DNA of 64,000 nucleotides, taken from an uncultured Bacteroides sp. (GTDB lineage Bacteria; Bacteroidota; Bacteroidia; Bacteroidales; SM23-62). Position numbers and translations under genes: made by a program. Below the pieces are notes generated by a model. That model saw only the letters and a program-made list of their open reading frames with translations. It searched no databases and was not told the DNA's origin. Location: NCBI GenBank assembly GCA_964627835.1, contig CAZVLG010000174.1:1455-65454 (forward strand). The letters are read 5' to 3'. This document shows positions 9,960 to 19,370 of this stretch, piece by piece. Numbering within the stretch: position 1 is the stretch's first letter; each line of letters opens with the position of its first letter.

Positions 9960-10779
9960 TTTTTCACTGAGATACGGAATTAAATTTTCGATATGGATTT
10001 TGGCAGCATTGCTTATAGTAAGTTGCCGGGCAAAGCGAATAACAAAAACTCCTGAACCTGACAGCAGCGGAAATGCCGAACTGGCCATGATATCCATTCT
10101 GAAGAAAAAAACACATGGATTCCATACCATGAAAATAAACAGGGTTGATGTGGATTTTTCAATGAACGGGGTGCAGGATAAAGTAAAAGGGAAGATTGCA
10201 ATTTACAGGGACAGTATGATTGCCGTATCCATTATACCCGCCCTGGGTTATGAGGTATTTCGGATACTGTGCACGAGGGATTCTGTAATCCTGATAAACA
10301 GGCCGGAAAAAAGTTATTACGCTGACTCATTCGAATATTTCAAACGCAAGTATAATATACCTGTTGGATTTTATGACATGCAAGCCATGCTGGCCAACGA
10401 AGTATTTTATTACAAGGAAAACTATGGGGACAGGATTTATGAGAAACAATTAACAACAAGAAAAGAAAACAATTTATTCATCGTAGATGCTTTCAGGGAT
10501 GGAAACAGGATTACGAACCAGGGTATTGAAATTGACAGGGAGGGAAGGCGGCTTGAAAATATATTCGTTGTTGATTATGAGCTAAAGATGAAGCTAAACC
10601 TTGATTATGAGGAGTTTGTGGAATCAGAAGGATGGATGTTTCCAAAGAATTTAAGAGTCGATATGGTGGAAAGCAACAATACCATCCAGGTGAACATTAA
10701 CTACGGGCAAATCGTATTCGATGATTCAATAAATGTTGAATTTTCAGTCCCAGAGCATTACACAAGGGAAGACCTTTGA
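9952..10779 (+). CDS. DUF4292-like (LolB-like) lipoprotein
   Basis: 275 aa. Lipobox LLIVSC. Start overlaps the TPR gene stop by 8 nt. Position between the TPR gene and the M23 peptidase matches the conserved Bacteroidota neighbourhood. Family call is from memory of that neighbourhood, not from a search. Confidence 0.55.
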   Translation: MNSFSLRYGIKFSIWILAALLIVSCRAKRITKTPEPDSSGNAELAMISILKKKTHGFHTMKINRVDVDFSMNGVQDKVKGKIAIYRDSMIAVSIIPALGYEVFRILCTRDSVILINRPEKSYYADSFEYFKRKYNIPVGFYDMQAMLANEVFYYKENYGDRIYEKQLTTRKENNLFIVDAFRDGNRITNQGIEIDREGRRLENIFVVDYELKMKLNLDYEEFVESEGWMFPKNLRVDMVESNNTIQVNINYGQIVFDDSINVEFSVPEHYTREDL

Positions 10780-10785
10780 TCCTTT

Positions 10786-12006
10786 ATGAAGAGAGAAACA
10801 TATAAATCATCCTTAAGATGGACCCGGCTGTTGGTTTTGATGGTGGTCTCAGTATATCCGGGATTTAGCGCCGGACAAAACCGGAAGGAACTTGAAGAAA
10901 GGAAGACAAAGACACAGCAGGAAATTGAATATACGAACAATTTACTGGTTGAAACACAGAGGAACAGAAAAAGCACACTGCAGCGGGTAAAGATCCTGAA
11001 TACAAGAATTAAACTGAGAAACAATATAATAAATAACATAAACCTGGAGGTAGAATACATCGAGCAGGAAATTGAGCAGAAAAATGACTTGATATCGGAT
11101 ATGGAAAAGGATCTTGAAATAATAAGAAGCCAATATGCCGAATTGATCGTGCAGGCCTACTGGAACAGGAGAAAAAGTGATTGGCTAATATATATCATGT
11201 CTTCTGAGAATTTCAATCAGGCATACCGGAGAATGAAATACCTGCAGCAATTCTCAAAGCATCGGAAGGAACAGGCTGAATTGATCCAGAAAATGAAAAA
11301 TGAAATCATACTGGAGGTTGAAGAACTTGAAAAAATAAAAATTAAAAAAGAAGCGCTGGTGCTGGAAAAGAGAAACGAGAATCATAACCTGGAAATCGAA
11401 CGAAGAGGTAAAAACCAATTCGTTTCAGATCTGATGAAAAGAGAAGAAGACCTCAGAAAGGAAATAAAGGAAAAAAGAGACATAGCAGATCGGCTGGAAA
11501 AGGAGATCGCTGCAATAATCGCCGCTGAAGCGAGGAAAGCAAGGTCAAGAAATGTTTACGAACAGTTGACTCCTGAAGAAAAATTAATATCCGATAATTT
11601 TCAGGGAAATAAAGGAAAACTTCCCTGGCCCGTGGAGCGGGGAGTTATAACAGGAAGCTATGGAGTGCATCCGCACCCGGTTTTAAAGCAGATAACCATC
11701 GCCAACGACGGGGTTGATATTTCAACGATTAAAGGAGCAGAAGCAAGGGCATTGTTTGAAGGAGAAGTAACGAAAATAGTTGCCATTCTCGGGGCAAATT
11801 ATACAATAATACTGAGGCATGGAAATTTTCTTACCGTATATCAGAACCTGGTGGATTTAAAAGTTAAACAGGGAGACAAGGTAAACGTAAAACAGGTGCT
11901 TGGGACGGTATATACTGATAATGAAACAAATAGTACTGTTTTACATATGCAGATTTGGAAGGAAAGGAGCATTCAGAACCCGGAAGAATGGATCAGCCGA
12001 AATTGA
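10786..12006 (+). CDS. coiled-coil M23/LytM-domain peptidase (EnvC-like murein hydrolase activator)
   Basis: 406 aa. Long Lys/Glu-rich coiled-coil N-terminal part. C-terminal LytM domain: GVDISTIKGAEARALFEGEVTKIV...ILRHGNFLTVYQNL...LHMQIW. Confidence 0.85.
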   Translation: MKRETYKSSLRWTRLLVLMVVSVYPGFSAGQNRKELEERKTKTQQEIEYTNNLLVETQRNRKSTLQRVKILNTRIKLRNNIINNINLEVEYIEQEIEQKNDLISDMEKDLEIIRSQYAELIVQAYWNRRKSDWLIYIMSSENFNQAYRRMKYLQQFSKHRKEQAELIQKMKNEIILEVEELEKIKIKKEALVLEKRNENHNLEIERRGKNQFVSDLMKREEDLRKEIKEKRDIADRLEKEIAAIIAAEARKARSRNVYEQLTPEEKLISDNFQGNKGKLPWPVERGVITGSYGVHPHPVLKQITIANDGVDISTIKGAEARALFEGEVTKIVAILGANYTIILRHGNFLTVYQNLVDLKVKQGDKVNVKQVLGTVYTDNETNSTVLHMQIWKERSIQNPEEWISRN

Positions 12007-12113
12007 AACCCCCCTAAAAAAGTTAGATAAAAAAACCACATCTAAAAAAACAGGTAAAAAAGGTAACCTATTGAAACGTTATTAAGTATAAAGGAATACC
12101 TGAATTTAGGGAT

Positions 12114-12509
12114 ATGGAAAAAGTGTTGAAAATAGCATCCAGGGTGGATAGCCTCAGGGAAGTTGAAAAAATGGTGGACGAAGTTTCAACCGCATGCAGT
12201 ATGAGTTCAGAAATATATGGAAATGTGTTAATTGCAACAATGGAAGCCGCGAATAATGCCATACTGCACGGAAACAAACTGGATGAAAATAAAGACGTAA
12301 ACATACAATTTCATTGGAGCAACGATGAATTGGTATTGGTTGTAACGGATCAGGGGAAAGGATTTAATTATAAGAACATACCGGATCCAACTGCCCCGGG
12401 AAATGTTGAAAAGGTTAATGGAAGGGGTGTGTTCCTGATGGAAAAACTATCCGATGAGATATCCTTCAAGGAAAAAGGAAGAAAAGTACGTCTAACTTTT
12501 AAGCTCTGA
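12114..12509 (+). CDS. RsbW/SpoIIAB-like HATPase-domain protein (anti-sigma serine kinase fold)
   Basis: 131 aa. N-box EAANNAILHG, G1 box VTDQGKGF, G2 box GRGVFLMEKL. Confidence 0.75.
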   Translation: MEKVLKIASRVDSLREVEKMVDEVSTACSMSSEIYGNVLIATMEAANNAILHGNKLDENKDVNIQFHWSNDELVLVVTDQGKGFNYKNIPDPTAPGNVEKVNGRGVFLMEKLSDEISFKEKGRKVRLTFKL

Positions 12510-12512
12510 AAG

Positions 12513-12938
12513 TTGGCCATTCGTTTCCACGATGAAAAAATACATTCCGGGATTAAACAAAAGCGGGCAATTAAATCCTGGGTTAAATCAGTAATAGAAT
12601 CCGAACAGAAAAAGACCGGAAGCATTAATCTCATTCTAACCTCTGATATGTACCTGCGAAGCATTAACAAAGCCTACCTTTCGCGGGATTATAATACAGA
12701 TATCATAACATTTGATTATTCGGAAGGATCGATTATAAGCGGCGATCTGTTCATAAGCCTGGAGCGTGTTAATGAAAATGCCGTGACCTATGGAGAAAGC
12801 AGGGAAAAGGAACTATTAAGGGTGATCATACATGGAATTTTGCACTTAATGGGATACGGAGATGCAGGGGAAGAGGAAAAGAAGGAAATGAGAAAAAGGG
12901 AAGACCAATACCTCCGATCCTATATTGAGGCAGAATAG
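12513..12938 (+). CDS. ybeY: rRNA maturation endoribonuclease YbeY
   Basis: 141 aa, TTG start 3 nt after the preceding stop. TDIITFDY and the zinc motif HGILHLMGYGD. Confidence 0.92.
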   Translation: MAIRFHDEKIHSGIKQKRAIKSWVKSVIESEQKKTGSINLILTSDMYLRSINKAYLSRDYNTDIITFDYSEGSIISGDLFISLERVNENAVTYGESREKELLRVIIHGILHLMGYGDAGEEEKKEMRKREDQYLRSYIEAE

Positions 12939-13000
12939 AAGCCACGTTACTCCCCAATCTTTTGAATTCACTAAATTTGCCATGCAAGAGATGATTAGCA

Positions 13001-14878
13001 ATGGTTGAAAAATATGATATAATCGTTGTAGGTGCCGGGCATGCTGGCAGCGAAGCCGCAGCTGCAGCCGCTAATTTGGGAAGCCGGGTGTTGCTTATCA
13101 CCATGGACATGACAAAAATTGCGCAAATGTCATGCAATCCGGCCATGGGGGGAATTGCCAAGGGCCAGATAGTCAGAGAAATAGACGCCATGGGGGGCTA
13201 TAGCGGCATAGTAACGGACAGGTCTATGATCCAGTTCAGGATGCTGAACAGATCAAAGGGGCCTGCAATGTGGAGCCCAAGAGCCCAGTGTGACAGGGTG
13301 AATTTCAGTATTCGGTGGCGGGAAGTTTTGGAGGGAATAGAAAAGCTGGATTTCTGGCAGGATATGGTCACGGAACTGATCATTGAGGGAGATAGGGTAA
13401 GGGGAGTGAAAACAAGAATGAATATTGAATTTTATTCAGAAACGGTTATACTGACAAATGGCACATTCATTAACGGGCTCATGCATATAGGGAAAAATCA
13501 ACAGAAGGGAGGAAGGGCCGGAGAGCAACATTCCGTTGGAATAAGTGAACAGTTGAGGGAATTTGATTTTGAGGTTGGAAGAATGAAAACGGGTACCCCA
13601 GCAAGACTGGACGGAAGAACGATTGATTTCAGTGTTATGGAGGAGCAGCCGGGGGACAATGAGGGACTGAAATTTTCGTATTTGCCTTATGAGGTTGATT
13701 ATTCAAAACATAGGAGCTGCTATATCGCGTATACGAATGAAACTGTACACCGGGCGCTTGAAAAAGGATTTGTGGACTCTCCTTTGTATAACGGTACCAT
13801 AGAGAGCATTGGCCCACGTTACTGTCCAAGTATTGAGGACAAGATCGTCACTTTTGCAGATAAAGACAGGCATATGTTGTTTCTGGAACCGGAGGGTTTG
13901 AATACATATGAATATTATATAAACGGATTTTCCAGTTCCTTGCCATGGAATATACAACTGGAAGGGATGAGAAAGATACGGGGATTGGAAAACGTAAAAA
14001 TTTTCAGGCCGGGATATGCAATAGAGTACGATTACTATCCGCCAACGCAGTTAAAACACAGCCTGGAAACAAAAAGAATCAATGGTTTGTATTTTGCGGG
14101 ACAAATAAATGGTACCACCGGTTATGAGGAAGCAGCGGCACAGGGGATTATGGCAGGAATAAATGCGTCAAATAAAGTAGCGGGGAAAGAGGATTTTATT
14201 CTGGAAAGAGATAATTCGTATATAGGTGTGTTAATTGATGACCTGGTTACCAAGGGTGTGGACGAACCTTACCGAATGTTTACCTCGCGAGCGGAATACC
14301 GAATTCTATTAAGACAGGACAATGCAGATGAAAGGCTCACCCCACTTTCCTTCCGGATCGGACTTGCGGGTGCTGAAAGGATGATTGCCTTAGAACGAAA
14401 ACAAACAACAAGAAAAGAAATCCTGGATTATCTGCGAAATCAGAGCGTATCCCCTTCTGAGGTTAATAAAAAACTAGAAGTTCTTGGAACAGCAGGCATT
14501 AAACAGAAGATGAAAAGTGTGAGATTAATAGAACGTCCCCAGGTTAAAATATCCGATTTATGGAAGGAAATCCCGGGATTTGAAAGGGAAATGGATAAAC
14601 TCGGTGTTGGAACGAACGATGAAATCGTTGAATCGGTAGAAATTAATATAAAGTATTCCGGATACATTGAGAGGGAAAGAAAACTGGCAGAAAAGATCAA
14701 AAGGCTGGAAAAGATAAGAATAGAGGCGTCCATCGATTATGATGCTTTAAGCTCTATCTCAACCGAAGCCAGGCAGAAATTGAAAAAAATAAGGCCCGGA
14801 ACCATAGGGCAGGCAAGCCGGATTAGCGGAGTTTCTCCTTCTGATGTCTCTGTGCTTTTGGTTCATCTGGGCCGTTGA
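13001..14878 (+). CDS. mnmG: tRNA uridine 5-carboxymethylaminomethyl modification enzyme MnmG (GidA)
   Basis: 625 aa. FAD motif [46 protein letters not shown]. Confidence 0.97.
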   Translation: MVEKYDIIVVGAGHAGSEAAAAAANLGSRVLLITMDMTKIAQMSCNPAMGGIAKGQIVREIDAMGGYSGIVTDRSMIQFRMLNRSKGPAMWSPRAQCDRVNFSIRWREVLEGIEKLDFWQDMVTELIIEGDRVRGVKTRMNIEFYSETVILTNGTFINGLMHIGKNQQKGGRAGEQHSVGISEQLREFDFEVGRMKTGTPARLDGRTIDFSVMEEQPGDNEGLKFSYLPYEVDYSKHRSCYIAYTNETVHRALEKGFVDSPLYNGTIESIGPRYCPSIEDKIVTFADKDRHMLFLEPEGLNTYEYYINGFSSSLPWNIQLEGMRKIRGLENVKIFRPGYAIEYDYYPPTQLKHSLETKRINGLYFAGQINGTTGYEEAAAQGIMAGINASNKVAGKEDFILERDNSYIGVLIDDLVTKGVDEPYRMFTSRAEYRILLRQDNADERLTPLSFRIGLAGAERMIALERKQTTRKEILDYLRNQSVSPSEVNKKLEVLGTAGIKQKMKSVRLIERPQVKISDLWKEIPGFEREMDKLGVGTNDEIVESVEINIKYSGYIERERKLAEKIKRLEKIRIEASIDYDALSSISTEARQKLKKIRPGTIGQASRISGVSPSDVSVLLVHLGR

Positions 14879-14897
14879 TTGTTCCACGTGGAACAAT
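14878..14897. promoter_or_regulatory. perfect 20-bp palindrome ATTGTTCCACGTGGAACAAT (hairpin terminator or protein-binding site)
   Basis: The sequence is its own reverse complement. Its first base is the last base of the mnmG stop codon. CACGTG core, followed by a T-rich stretch TTGTGGTCTGTTATGTATTT. Confidence 0.5.
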
Positions 14898-14958
14898 TTG
14901 TGGTCTGTTATGTATTTCATGGCATGGGAACTGCCATTCGGGCGGAGAAATTTCCTGA

Positions 14959-14966
14959 TAGATTTG
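14959..14966 (+). promoter_or_regulatory. candidate -7 promoter box TAGATTTG for apt
   Basis: Exact TAnnTTTG match 23 nt upstream of the ATG at 14989. Confidence 0.4.
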
Positions 14967-14988
14967 AAAGCTAAATAAACGGATAGAT

Positions 14989-15525
14989 ATGGAACATGGC
15001 AATACGATTAAAAACTCAATCAGGACCATCCCAGATTTTCCGGAGCCAGGTATAATGTTCCGGGATGTGACAACCCTTATGAAAGACAAATCTGCATTCC
15101 GAATGTCATGTGAATGCCTGGCCTCGTCTGCGGGAATGTTTGGTGGCTTTGATTTCATAGTGGGGATAGAATCCCGGGGATTCATATTTGGATCCGTGCT
15201 GGCGAATATATTGGAGAAAGGTTTTGTGCCTGTACGCAAACCGGGCAAATTGCCTGCCGATGTCTTAAAGGAAGATTATGAACTTGAATATGGCAGAGAT
15301 TCTGTTGAGGTCCACGTTGACGCTGTAATTAAAGGATATTCATACCTGGTGGTCGACGATTTACTGGCTACCGGAGGAACCGCAGAAGCCGCCTGCCGAT
15401 TAATCGAAAAAGGCGGAGGAAATGTGGCAGGGTGTCTTTTTTTGGTTGAGCTGCCGGAGCTTAAAGGACGGGAAAAACTGAAAAACAGAACAGTTGCTTC
15501 AATCGTTAAATTTGAAGGAAAATAG
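14989..15525 (+). CDS. apt: adenine phosphoribosyltransferase
   Basis: 178 aa. FPEPGIMFRDVT and PRPP-binding motif YLVVDDLLATGGTA. Confidence 0.95.
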   Translation: MEHGNTIKNSIRTIPDFPEPGIMFRDVTTLMKDKSAFRMSCECLASSAGMFGGFDFIVGIESRGFIFGSVLANILEKGFVPVRKPGKLPADVLKEDYELEYGRDSVEVHVDAVIKGYSYLVVDDLLATGGTAEAACRLIEKGGGNVAGCLFLVELPELKGREKLKNRTVASIVKFEGK

Positions 15526-17329
15526 CAAACACGAATTCTTAAAATCCATCGTTGAAGTACTTCCTGATAAACCGGGTGTTTACCAGTACTTTGACAGCGA
15601 AGGACAACTATTGTATATCGGGAAAGCCGCTGACCTTAAAAAAAGAGTTTCTTCTTACTTTTCAAGTTCAAGGAATGAAAGTTTTAAGCATCGTATCCTG
15701 GTAGGTAAAATAGCCGACATTAAACACATTGTGGTCGCTTCTGAATCGGATGCCCTGTTGCTGGAAAACAATCTGATTAAAAAACACCAGCCAAGGTATA
15801 ATGTATTGCTGAAAGACGATAAAACATTTCCCTGGATCTGCATAAAGAACGAGCCATTCCCGAGAATTTTTTATACCCGAAACCTGGCCCAGGACGGTTC
15901 AACCTATTATGGGCCATATACTTCCGTTGTAATGGTTAAGACCCTGCTGGAAATTGCCCGGCGCCTGTTTCCTGTCAGGAATTGCCGGCTAAACCTAAGC
16001 CAGGATAATATTAAAAGCGGGAAATTCAAGGTTTGCCTTGAGTATCATCTGGGAAACTGCATGGCTCCTTGTGTGGGGTTCCAGGATGAACAGGAATATT
16101 TAAATTCCATTGAACAGGTTAAGCAAATCCTCAAGGGCAACCTGAAACAGGTATCCGGATATTTGAAAGGACTTATGAAAAAATATGCCGGGGAATTCAA
16201 GTTTGAGGAAGCCCAGGTTCTGAAGGAGAAATTGGAGGTCCTTGAAAAATACAGGAGTAAATCAACCATTGTAAATCCCAAAATTCGGAATGCTGATGTG
16301 TATTCAATTGTTGAGGAAGAAGGTTTCGCTTTTGTGAATTATCTGAAGGTTATCGAGGGTGCTGTTGTACAGGCCCATACCCTGGAGTTGAAAAAGAAAA
16401 TGAACGAAAGCAAGGAGGAGCTTTTATCGCTGGCCGTGGTCGATATTAGACAGAAGACAAACAGCAATGCAAAGCTTGTTATTGTTCCATTGCGCGTTGA
16501 CCTTAGCCTGGAAAACGTCCGTTTTGTTGTTCCGCAAAAAGGGGATAAAAAGAAATTGCTTGAACTCTCCGAACGGAATGCACGCCATTACCGGATAGAG
16601 CGGAAAAAAAGGCTTGAAAATTTAAAACCCGGATCAAGGTTTTTACGAATACTGGAAACCATGAAAAAGGATCTTCGTCTGAAGCAACTGCCGGAACACA
16701 TTGAATGTTTTGACAATTCAAACCTTGGGGGCGACGACCCGGTTGCCGCATGTGTTGTTTTCAGGAATGCCAGGCCGAGCAAGCGTGATTACAGGCATTA
16801 TCATATAAAGACGGTAAGGGGGCCAGATGATTTTGCAAGCATGCAGGAAATTATATATAGACGTTACAGCAGGTTGTTAAAAGAACAAAAGGATCTGCCT
16901 CAGCTTGTGATTGTTGACGGTGGCAAGGGACAACTGAACGCTGCTATTAAAAGCCTCGAAAAATTAGGGATTCATGGTAAAATGGCCGTCATAGGGGTGG
17001 CCAAGCGTCTGGAAGAAATTTACTATCCGGGAGACAAGTTCCCAATGTATATTGATAAAAATTCAGAGACCTTGAAAATAATACAACAATTGAGAAACGA
17101 GGCGCATCGTTTTGGCATAAATTTTCACAGGGAAAAAAGAATTAAATCAATGACCGCATCTGAACTGGACGAAATCAAGGGAATCGGGGACAAGACAAAA
17201 ACACTGCTAATGGGCAGTTTTGAATCAATTGAGAGGATAAAATCTGCTGATATTGAATTGCTTGCCGAAGTAGTTGGGAAGAAAAAGGCTGAGATCCTGA
17301 AGGATTATTTCTTGCGCTCAACCACGTAA
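15494..17329 (+). CDS. uvrC: excinuclease ABC subunit C
   Basis: GIY-YIG motif (PGVYQYF...LLYIGKA...RV), UVR domain (FEEAQVLKEKLEVLEKY), an endonuclease domain with IECFDNSN, and a C-terminal HhH region. No in-frame ATG near the 5' end. The start is TTG at 15494 or, more plausibly, TTG at 15512; both overlap the end of apt. Confidence 0.93.
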   Translation: MLQSLNLKENSKHEFLKSIVEVLPDKPGVYQYFDSEGQLLYIGKAADLKKRVSSYFSSSRNESFKHRILVGKIADIKHIVVASESDALLLENNLIKKHQPRYNVLLKDDKTFPWICIKNEPFPRIFYTRNLAQDGSTYYGPYTSVVMVKTLLEIARRLFPVRNCRLNLSQDNIKSGKFKVCLEYHLGNCMAPCVGFQDEQEYLNSIEQVKQILKGNLKQVSGYLKGLMKKYAGEFKFEEAQVLKEKLEVLEKYRSKSTIVNPKIRNADVYSIVEEEGFAFVNYLKVIEGAVVQAHTLELKKKMNESKEELLSLAVVDIRQKTNSNAKLVIVPLRVDLSLENVRFVVPQKGDKKKLLELSERNARHYRIERKKRLENLKPGSRFLRILETMKKDLRLKQLPEHIECFDNSNLGGDDPVAACVVFRNARPSKRDYRHYHIKTVRGPDDFASMQEIIYRRYSRLLKEQKDLPQLVIVDGGKGQLNAAIKSLEKLGIHGKMAVIGVAKRLEEIYYPGDKFPMYIDKNSETLKIIQQLRNEAHRFGINFHREKRIKSMTASELDEIKGIGDKTKTLLMGSFESIERIKSADIELLAEVVGKKKAEILKDYFLRSTT

Positions 17330-18279
17330 TTAACTAATTTTTTAAGGGAAGCATTGTGCTCAGTATCAGGCAACTCGGATAAAATTTCAAGTGCCTGGTC
17401 ACGATACGCCATCATCTTTTTTTCCGAATATTCCAATCCATTATTGGTGATGGCAAATTCAATCACCTCCTGAACCTTTTTAGAACTGTTATTATGTCTT
17501 CTTATGGTACGGATGATGTGCTTGCGTTTCGAGTCCGGACAATTTTCAAGAGCATGTATGAGCGGAAGTGTGAATTTTTTTTCCTTGATATCATTCCCGG
17601 TCGGTTTTCCAATGATGCCTTTTTTCTGATAGTCAAAAAGGTCATCCTTTATTTGAAATGCCATGCCAACCGATTCTCCGAACTGTCTCATTTTTTCGGT
17701 CAGTTCCTGGTCCTGGCTGGATGACCAGGCCCCGCAAGCGGTGCAGGCGGCAATCAGGGTTGCTGTTTTCTTTCGGATGATTTCAAAATATTCATCCTTT
17801 GTAATATTCAATTTTCGTGATTTCTGTATCTGCAAGAGCTCTCCCTCGCTCATTTCCCTTACTGCATCGGATACCAGTTGAAGTAATTTGTATTCATTTT
17901 TCTCAACCGAAAGAAGCAATCCCCTGGCAAGAAGGTAATCCCCAAGAAGAACCGCTACCTTGGATTTCCAAAGGGCATTGACGGAAAAGAATCCCCGGCG
18001 CTCATAGGACTCATCAACCACGTCATCGTGGATCAGGCTTGCCGTGTGAAGCAATTCGATTAAACTGGCGGCATTGTAAGTGGAATCGGTAATCCCACCG
18101 GTAAGACCGGCAGTCAGGAATACGAATAAGGGCCGGATTTGCTTCCCTTTTCTTCTTAGAAGGTAGTGGATGATTATATTCACCAGCGGGATTTTGCTTT
18201 TCATCGCTTCTCGAAAATGCTTTTCGAATTCTCGCATTTCCTGATTAACCGGTTTCCGGATCTCTTCAAGCTGGGTCAT
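17305..18279 (-). CDS. polyprenyl diphosphate synthase (IspB-like, trans-isoprenyl)
   Basis: FARM motif LIHDDVVDES and SARM motif QIKDDLFDY. The track ORF extends to 18366, but the ATG at 18279 (MTQLEEIRKPV) gives the usual ~324 aa length. Confidence 0.9.
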   Translation of the reverse strand: MTQLEEIRKPVNQEMREFEKHFREAMKSKIPLVNIIIHYLLRRKGKQIRPLFVFLTAGLTGGITDSTYNAASLIELLHTASLIHDDVVDESYERRGFFSVNALWKSKVAVLLGDYLLARGLLLSVEKNEYKLLQLVSDAVREMSEGELLQIQKSRKLNITKDEYFEIIRKKTATLIAACTACGAWSSSQDQELTEKMRQFGESVGMAFQIKDDLFDYQKKGIIGKPTGNDIKEKKFTLPLIHALENCPDSKRKHIIRTIRRHNNSSKKVQEVIEFAITNNGLEYSEKKMMAYRDQALEILSELPDTEHNASLKKLVNYVVERKK

Positions 18280-18533
18280 CCGCTGGGCTGGAATTTTTGC
18301 AGTGGTAAAAATAGGAATAAAATGGCTCAAATAGCTGAGCGCTTGAATAGAAACATTCCAAATCACTGATATTTATGCAGATGTGACAAATTTTTAAAGA
18401 TTACAAACCAATTAAGAACAGATATTCATATATTTGTATTTGTAAATAAAACTTATTGTTTTTGCATTGTGCCTTCAGGTATGCCAGCAGCATAATGCGC
18501 AGGGCAATCGATAACTAAATAAAATTACTGGAA

Positions 18534-18833
18534 ATGAAATTTGATAAATTAAGTCCGGAAGAATTGGAAAAGGCCGCGAGCATGCTCAAGGCGATCGCGC
18601 ATCCCATGAGAATCGCCATCCTGAATTACCTGGACGATGGTAAAAAACTCACGGTAACCGAAATTCATGAGCTTCTGAAAATTGAACAGTCGACCACATC
18701 CCACCATCTTGGGATCCTTAAGGACAAAGGCGTACTGTCTTCACAGAGGGGTGGAAAAAACACCTATTATTTCTTAAAGCACGACAACCTGAGTAGTATT
18801 GTTGATTGCATAAGTCAATGTGCCTGTCTCTGA
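18534..18833 (+). CDS. ArsR/SmtB family transcriptional regulator
   Basis: 99 aa. Winged-helix signature HPMRIAILNYL...LTVTEIHELLKIEQSTTSHHLGILKDKGVL. Confidence 0.85.
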   Translation: MKFDKLSPEELEKAASMLKAIAHPMRIAILNYLDDGKKLTVTEIHELLKIEQSTTSHHLGILKDKGVLSSQRGGKNTYYFLKHDNLSSIVDCISQCACL

Positions 18834-18840
18834 GGATATT

Positions 18841-19290
18841 ATGGCAAAAATCCGGGTAACCAAGAGTTTTACTTTCGAAATGGCCCACGCTCTGTGGAAC
18901 TATGACGGGCCCTGCCGGAATATTCACGGGCATTCGTATCAACTGTACGTCACGATTATAGGTGAAACGAGTTCCGACCAGAATTCCCCGAAGCTTGGGA
19001 TGGTAATGGATTTTTCAGACCTGAAGGCCATTGTTAAGAAAGAGGTGGTTGACCGGTTCGACCATTCGGTGGTCATTAGTTCCAGGGCCAGCCAGCCTGA
19101 AATAAAGCGGGTGGAGCAGATGTTTGATAAATTTTACATTGTAGATTACCAGCCTACCTGTGAAAACCTGGTTTTGGACATGGCCATGAGGATCAGGAAG
19201 GCTTTGCCTCCGAAAGTCTCACTTCACAGTTTAAAACTGATTGAAACCGCAAGCTCCTGGGCGGAGTGGTTTGCTTCAGACAGTCCTTAG
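18841..19290 (+). CDS. queD: 6-carboxy-5,6,7,8-tetrahydropterin synthase (PTPS family)
   Basis: FEMAHAL, CRNIHGHSY and DHS motifs of the PTPS/QueD family. The ATG at 18841 was chosen over the track start at 18820, which overlaps the ArsR gene. Confidence 0.88.
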   Translation: MAKIRVTKSFTFEMAHALWNYDGPCRNIHGHSYQLYVTIIGETSSDQNSPKLGMVMDFSDLKAIVKKEVVDRFDHSVVISSRASQPEIKRVEQMFDKFYIVDYQPTCENLVLDMAMRIRKALPPKVSLHSLKLIETASSWAEWFASDSP

Positions 19291-19370
19291 GTTTCAACCC
19301 GATCATAAAATCAGGTTGTTCCTGGTATTTACAGCCTTCGCGATAAGGAGGAATTTTTTTATATTGCCGA

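Noticed and set aside
12016-12061. Four A6-A7 tracts upstream of the RsbW-like gene, considered as phased DNA-bending elements; also the Lys-rich ORF 11900..12085
   Set aside because: Tract starts (12016, 12029, 12044, 12056) are spaced 12-15 bp apart, not about 10.5 bp, so coherent bending is doubtful. The Lys-rich ORF is simply the translation of the A-rich spacer and overlaps the end of the M23 gene.
18367-18533. 167-bp region upstream of the ArsR-family gene, screened for an RNA gene, riboswitch or ArsR operator
   Set aside because: Only short imperfect hairpins were found (TATGC-CAGCA-GCATA nested in GCATT...AATGC), plus a TATATTTG box 98 nt from the ATG. There is no convincing 12-2-12 ArsR-type dyad and no structure I can assign to a known RNA family.
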